In this document: positions 15,763 through 26,178 of the stretch, in pieces | Position numbering within the stretch: the first letter of the stretch is position 1 | Layout of the letters: each line of letters begins with the position of its first letter | Source of the DNA: Eledone cirrhosa | Lineage: Eukaryota | Assembly: GCA_964016885.1 (NCBI GenBank) | Contig: CAXHJY010001624.1 | Location: 1 to 26,178 of the forward strand | Direction of reading: 5' to 3' | DNA: 26,178 nucleotides | Program-made: the position numbers and the translations under genes | Notes under the pieces: model-generated | What the model saw: the letters and a program-made list of their open reading frames with translations, nothing else | Told to the model about the DNA's origin: nothing | The model's database searches: none

Positions 15763-16124
15763 AGAATTTAATCCACGTATTAACAATTGTCTCTCCCTCT
15801 ACTCATCACAACTTTTAGCACACAGCCCTCCTCCCCCTCCCTATACAAATCCTCTCACACCACACTATCTCTTTCTCTTTCTCTCCCTACCTCTATCCCT
15901 TTTTTTTCTCTCTCTCTCTCTCTCCCTCTCTTTTGCCCCTCTCCCTCTCTCTGTTCCTCTATCTTACACTACTACCCTTTATTTCATTTCCTAAGGTCAT
16001 TCCAACTTTGTATTTTGAAAATTCGGATGCCACAGTATCTTTCTTGATTGCCTATTATAACATAGTGTAGCAATAATGGACTGAAATTCTGATGAAACAA
16101 TTGTTAATACGTGGATTAAATTCT
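15763..16124. repeat. 28-bp perfect inverted repeat enclosing a CT-rich spacer
   Basis: AGAATTTAATCCACGTATTAACAATTGT (15763-15790) and ACAATTGTTAATACGTGGATTAAATTCT (16097-16124). The whole unit lies between (TA)n runs ending at 15751 and starting at ~16292. Confidence 0.92.
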
Positions 16125-16287
16125 TTTGTAATTGTTTACCTTCGTCCTATTTCTCTTCTTTGATTACACTCCTCGTTTGTTCGTGTTTCCACTACAGAAT
16201 CCCTACCAACCTGTCGAGTCACCTTAACGTATGTTGAGAACTTTCCTCACAACTTGTTCTACCAAGCTTTGGAATACTCCTAATAAC

Positions 16288-16342
<55 letters not shown>

Positions 16343-16508
16343 TATATTTATTAAAATAACAGATTAAAGTTTAAGCAAATAATCGCTGCTTTCACCCTTA
16401 ACGGGATCTTCTGAAACTAACAAAGTGAAACTGTGAACACAGATGTGAATATTTCAAAAACGTTGCAACCGGAGGAAGACAGGAAGACGATACTTTGGTT
16501 CGTGGAAA

Positions 16509-16772
16509 CGTTCCCTGGCAAAGAACGGAAAAAAGCGAATATAATACGTCATTATTTAGAGCGGTGAAAAACAATTACGCGCAAAGACAGAACCACGTTT
16601 ATGGTAAAAAAAAAAGCCGCAGACAAATGTTCTCTTAGGTGGTGCATAGAGGCGTTCTCTGGCAATGAACGGAAAAACGAAGATAATACGTCATATGTGG
16701 AGCGTTGAGAACAATTGCACGCAAAGACAAAACCACGTAAATGGTATAACTGAAGTCGTAGACTAAAATTCT
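16509..16772. repeat. Diverged tandem duplication, period 144 bp
   Basis: CGTTCCCTGGCAAAGAACGGAAAAA...ATAATACGTCAT...CGCAAAGACAGAACCACGT at 16509 recurs as CGTTCTCTGGCAATGAACGGAAAAA...ATAATACGTCAT...CGCAAAGACAAAACCACGT at 16653. Confidence 0.9.
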
Positions 16773-16892
16773 AAATAGGAAACCGAATGATTTGCTCTAC
16801 GGTTCCTATATATTTGATATATATTTATCCTTATCGAGCCCTCTTTGGATTTTAGTCTTCAAATTAATTATTATTACTATATATATATATAT

Positions 16893-17009
16893 ATAGGAAC
16901 GAGTAGGACCCCGACGGCTGAACTCACCCGTTTCGACGGCTAATTCAGAGTCCAGAATTAGCCGTCGAAACGGCTTGAGCTTAGCCGTCGGGGTCCTACT
17001 CGTTCCTAT
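16893..17009. repeat. GC-rich near-perfect palindrome (54/55-bp arms, 8-nt loop) made of a hammerhead 3' half
   Basis: 16893-16946 is the reverse complement of 16955-17009 apart from a small mismatched patch. The right arm contains GAAAC-GGCT-tgagctt-AGCC-GTC-GGGGTCC. Confidence 0.93.
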
Positions 17010-17700
17010 TACCCACGCTACTACCCTAAGAATTGAGTACTTTGGTGCGTTATGGTCCACCTGGTTCCTTACCAGATTTCCTTCGTTATATATATATATG
17101 TATATATATATATATGTGTGTGTTTGTGCGTGCGTGTCGGTGTATCATTATGTCTTTATTATGTAATTATGTTTTTAATTTATAATCCTCTCCATCGTGT
17201 CAATCCTATAAATATATCAGTGTTTCATCAATGATCTCTTTGAAACTTTCTTTTTAGTCAATAATTCGCAACCTGATCTTCAATAATCTAGATTTCGCTT
17301 CTAAAACAGCGTCAGATGTTGTAATAATAGTATGTCAGGAACTATATGTACTTAGATATATTGAACTAGCGTAGGTCATATAAACCTTTGTCTTGCTATG
17401 TGTCGAGAAACAATTAAACATCCATAGAAATATTGTCATATTCGTGTCACTTTCTATTTCCATTGCAGCGTAATCCTATATCTCGATTTGAGTAGCTATA
17501 AACATTCATTGTCATGAAAGGTAAAACAAGAGTTCCATTAGAAATGTTTCGTGCACCGACTAAAATATATACGGATTCATTGATTTCACATATCTAACTT
17601 GCATCCCTTTTAAATTTCCTTTATTATTTAGTTTAAATGTTACACTATCCGTGAAACAGTTGATATATCTGTATGCGTAGTCATGTATCTATACGTATAT

Positions 17701-18027
17701 GTAGTGAAAGCGCATGACTTCCTTGTTTAGGGAACGCGGCTCACGACCGCAAGGTTGTGAGTTCGATTCCCAACTGTGCGTTGTGTCCTTGATCATGATA
17801 CTTTATTTCACGTTGTTCCAGTTCACTCAGCAGGCAAAAATGAGTTGTAGCTGTATTTCGAAGGATCAGCCTTGTCCCATTCTTCGTCACACCGAATCTC
17901 CCTGAGTACTACGTCAAGGGTACACGTGTTTGGGGAATGCTCAGTCACTTGCACGTACATTTCACAGGCAGCCTGTTCCATTGATTGGATCAACTGGAAC
18001 ACTCGTCTTTGTAACCGACAAAGTGCC
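17701..18027 (+). mobile_element. Near full-length tRNA-derived CORE-type SINE
   Basis: tRNA-like head with B box GAGTTCGATTCCC (17759-71), CORE-like TGTGTCCTTGATCATGATACTTTATTTCAC, and 3' tail ending ACTGGAACACTCGTCTTTGTAACCGACAAAGTGCC. Confidence 0.85.
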
Positions 18028-18387
18028 TTCCATTTCCAAATGTTTTAATATAAATGTAATATTTTTTATATATAAACCAAAAGTAAATTGTTTTCGTGTT
18101 TTGTATTTACTATTCCTAACATAATAATCGTGCAACTAATTTCGTATTTGTTATATTCTTACGTTTTATTGATTTAGGACATCTAAATATCAAAATTAAA
18201 TGTGGCTTTGTGGCGCTAAATCATAGCTCACTTTGGGGAGAAGTTTTGCAAGAAGATTATAAATTACGTATTGAAGCACAATTACATTTCCCCATACCTA
18301 ACATACCTCTGTTGATAAAGCTTAAATGTCACACTCGTCTATGAGGTTGTCAATTATAAGATGTGTAGAGTAACGTTATTGATAAAT

Positions 18388-18793
18388 ACTACGGCCCGTG
18401 GGTCAAATGCAGCCCGCCAAAGAGTTTTGTGCGACCCATGGAAGCATTTGGTGAATTTAAAAAGTAATAAACAAATTTTCGTATATAATATTTAAGAATG
18501 TTTTGTGATGTACAGACAGTAATTAAAAGAAAACCTTGTTTTAAGATATTTGTATTTAAATATTTTATTAATTAATGTATTATAATGATTCATTTTATAT
18601 TTTATAAATTCTAACCGAAGAAAATTATGGTTACTGGTACATTATATCTAATAATATCTATTACTATACTCTACTGTACTATACAATACTGTACGATACT
18701 GTACTGTACTATATCTAATAATAAAAGGTGCGGTCCTCTGTTGTAAATGACCCAGTCGATGTGGCCCCGATCCCAAATGTATGCCCACCCCTG
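18388..18793 (+). mobile_element. Non-autonomous hAT (Charlie-like) DNA transposon/MITE, left terminus truncated
   Basis: Subterminal ACTACGGCCCGTGGGTCAAATGCAGCCCGCC, 3' end ATGTGGCCCC...TGCCCACCCCTG, and an AT-rich interior with a (TACTG)n-like run at ~18661-18711. Confidence 0.75.
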
Positions 18794-19404
18794 GTATAAA
18801 GTCTCTAATCTATTTTACCTATTCTTCTCTGTCCGTTTTATTTGTGTAGCTCAGAGTCTTATAGGGATGTCTAAGATTACGGTTTAAGGGTATCTGTCTG
18901 AACAGCACATCATTTTACTCCTGCTTAAGTTTGCTTTGTTCAATCCAGTGTCATTTCATCTATAAAAAAGGTTAAGTTTCGTGAGAGATAACAGCTATAA
19001 CTAGCAAATCGAAAAATCAGGTACATATTCACCCCTTTACTGCTGGTAGTTATAACACTAAAGAAAAACGCGGAAATGTTCAGGTCGGGCCGTCGATAAG
19101 TTTCTGCAGTTTGCATTTCACAGCATTATATATCTACTAAACAAAATATTCAATGAGAATTATTATTATTATTTTTCATTACAGCAAATTTTCAGTGAAA
19201 CCTGAAACTTGATTTGCAAATTATTTAACTTAGTAAATTATCGGCTGCCAACCAGTTTTAATTTATCTTATACGATGATTTATTAAATTAAATTTTCCTT
19301 TCGGGTTTGTCTTGTCATACTCACCACGCATATCAATACATATGATATAATTCGATTCGGAATCATTTATTAATGATATATATATATATATACGTTGTAT
19401 ATGT

Positions 19405-19492
19405 CAACAACAACAACAATAATAACAATAATAATAACAATAATAATAATAATAATAATATCAGCAACAACAACAATAATATCAGCAACAAC
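19405..19492. repeat. Compound (AAC)n/(AAT)n trinucleotide repeat
   Basis: Direct reading. Confidence 0.95.
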
Positions 19493-19764
19493 GGAACAAA
19501 AAGGAAGAGAAAAACGATACAATAACAGCAAAATAAGATTAATAATGTTCGGGAGGATGGAAATGATAAATCTTTTAGTTTAAAGAAATATATTGGGAAA
19601 ACAAGTCAACATTCCCCACCAACCACATTCAAATTTAAGTAATTTACTGGAGAGATCATCTTATTTTATTGTCAGAATTTACAATTTATGGACGTTTTAC
19701 ACAAATTACAATTTCAATAATGTTTATACAAAACCTCACACATATACACATATATGTCTATATC

Positions 19765-19772
<8 letters not shown>

Positions 19773-19813
<41 letters not shown>

Positions 19814-20307
19814 TAAATATATGTATGATATATATATACATATATATGAAAAATATATATATATATATAATATATATAAATATATGTATGATATATATAC
19901 ACATATATATGATATATATATATATATATATATACATATATATAATATATATATACATATATATAATGTATATATATATATATACATATATATAATGTAT
20001 ATATATATATACATATATATAATATATATATATATATATATACATATATATAATATATATATATATATATACATATATATAATATATATACATATACATA
20101 TATATAATATATATACATATACATATATATAATATATATACATATATATAATATATATACATATACATATATATAATATATATACATATACATATATATA
20201 ATATATATATACATATACATATATATAATATATATATACATATACATATATATAATATATATATATATATACATATATATAATATATATATATATACATA
20301 TATATAA

Positions 20308-20386
<79 letters not shown>

Positions 20387-20645
20387 TATATATAATATAT
20401 ATATATATAATATATATATATATAATATATATATATAATATATATATATAATATATATATATAATATATATATATAATATATATATATAATATATATATA
20501 TAATATATATATATAATATATATATATAATATATATATATAATATATATATATAATATATATATATAATATATATATATAATATATATATATAATATATA
20601 TATATAATATATATATAATATATATATATAATATATATATATAAT

Positions 20646-20679
<34 letters not shown>

Positions 20680-20749
20680 ATATATATATATAATATATAT
20701 ATATATATAATATATATATATATATAATATATATATATATATAATATAT

Positions 20750-20804
<55 letters not shown>

Positions 20805-20950
20805 ATATATATATATATATATAATATATATATATAATATATATAATATATATATATAATATATATATATAATATATATATATATATAATATATATATAT
20901 AATATATATATATATATAATATATATATATAATATATATATATATATAAT

Positions 20951-20993
<43 letters not shown>

Positions 20994-21057
20994 TATATAA
21001 TATATATATATAATATATATATATAATATATATATATAATATATATATATATATATA

Positions 21058-21096
<39 letters not shown>

Positions 21097-21168
21097 TATA
21101 TAGATATACAGATAGATAGATATAGATATATATATATATATATAGAGAGAGATAGAAATAGATAGATA
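19773..21168. repeat. Interrupted (TA)n array: CATATATATAATAT-type minisatellite part, then AA-interrupted part, ending in GATA/GA repeats
   Basis: Units of roughly 20-36 nt at ~19930-20330; AA interruptions often every 11-13 nt at 20380-21090. Confidence 0.97.
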
Positions 21169-21279
21169 TGTTTCTTTTATTTGCCACTAGGGCATCACAA
21201 GTGGGACAAGTACAAAGGGGGGAGTTTACACAAAAAGGCGTCCTCAATAAGGAGGAGGCAATAACAACATATTAAAATA

Positions 21280-25986
<4,707 letters not shown>

Positions 25987-26178
25987 GAGACTACGATCTC
26001 TAACTGGATTGTCGTGGATTATGTGAAAGGCATATAATCGAAATATACACTCCCTTGACCATGAAAATACCGAAGTACATGAATTACTTGACATCCCTGC
26101 GCTGTGCATCTCCAATACTTATAACACTTTTAATGCTTGCACTATCTTTAATGCTTATAATATTTCTCCACACACAGA

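Noticed and set aside
16509-16772. CRISPR-like repeat-spacer array
   Set aside because: Only two long diverged copies, no spacers, and a eukaryotic context.
17701-17775. tRNA gene
   Set aside because: The tRNA-like head continues into SINE core and tail sequence, with no proper cloverleaf.

Overview
AT-rich eukaryotic non-coding DNA, most likely intronic or intergenic sequence from an octopus-type cephalopod. That assignment rests only on my recollection of the SINE families. About 11.5 kb is interrupted (TA)n array (1-5373, ~19773-21143, 21282-25986), and the long Ile/Tyr ORFs in the track are artefacts of these arrays. The unique middle region holds decayed transposable elements: an RTE-type LINE fragment with a nested TSD-flanked SINE, further tRNA-derived SINEs, a fold-back pair of Tc1/mariner transposase 5' fragments and a hAT-type MITE. 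No intact protein-coding gene is evident. The main observation is a dense set of type I hammerhead-ribozyme motifs (CUGANGA...GAAA...NUH) of the minimal Penelope/retrozyme kind. Well-formed copies lie at ~8483, ~11837, ~12578 and ~15575, with several relics. Several sit in palindromic mini-elements whose two copies point outward, often next to (TA)n. One has a 9-bp leader/loop-II pairing (pseudoknot or switch). Another palindrome is a mirror image of only the 3' half of a hammerhead. The TA arrays also carry hidden inverted duplications, readable from the spacing of their AA/TT interruptions.
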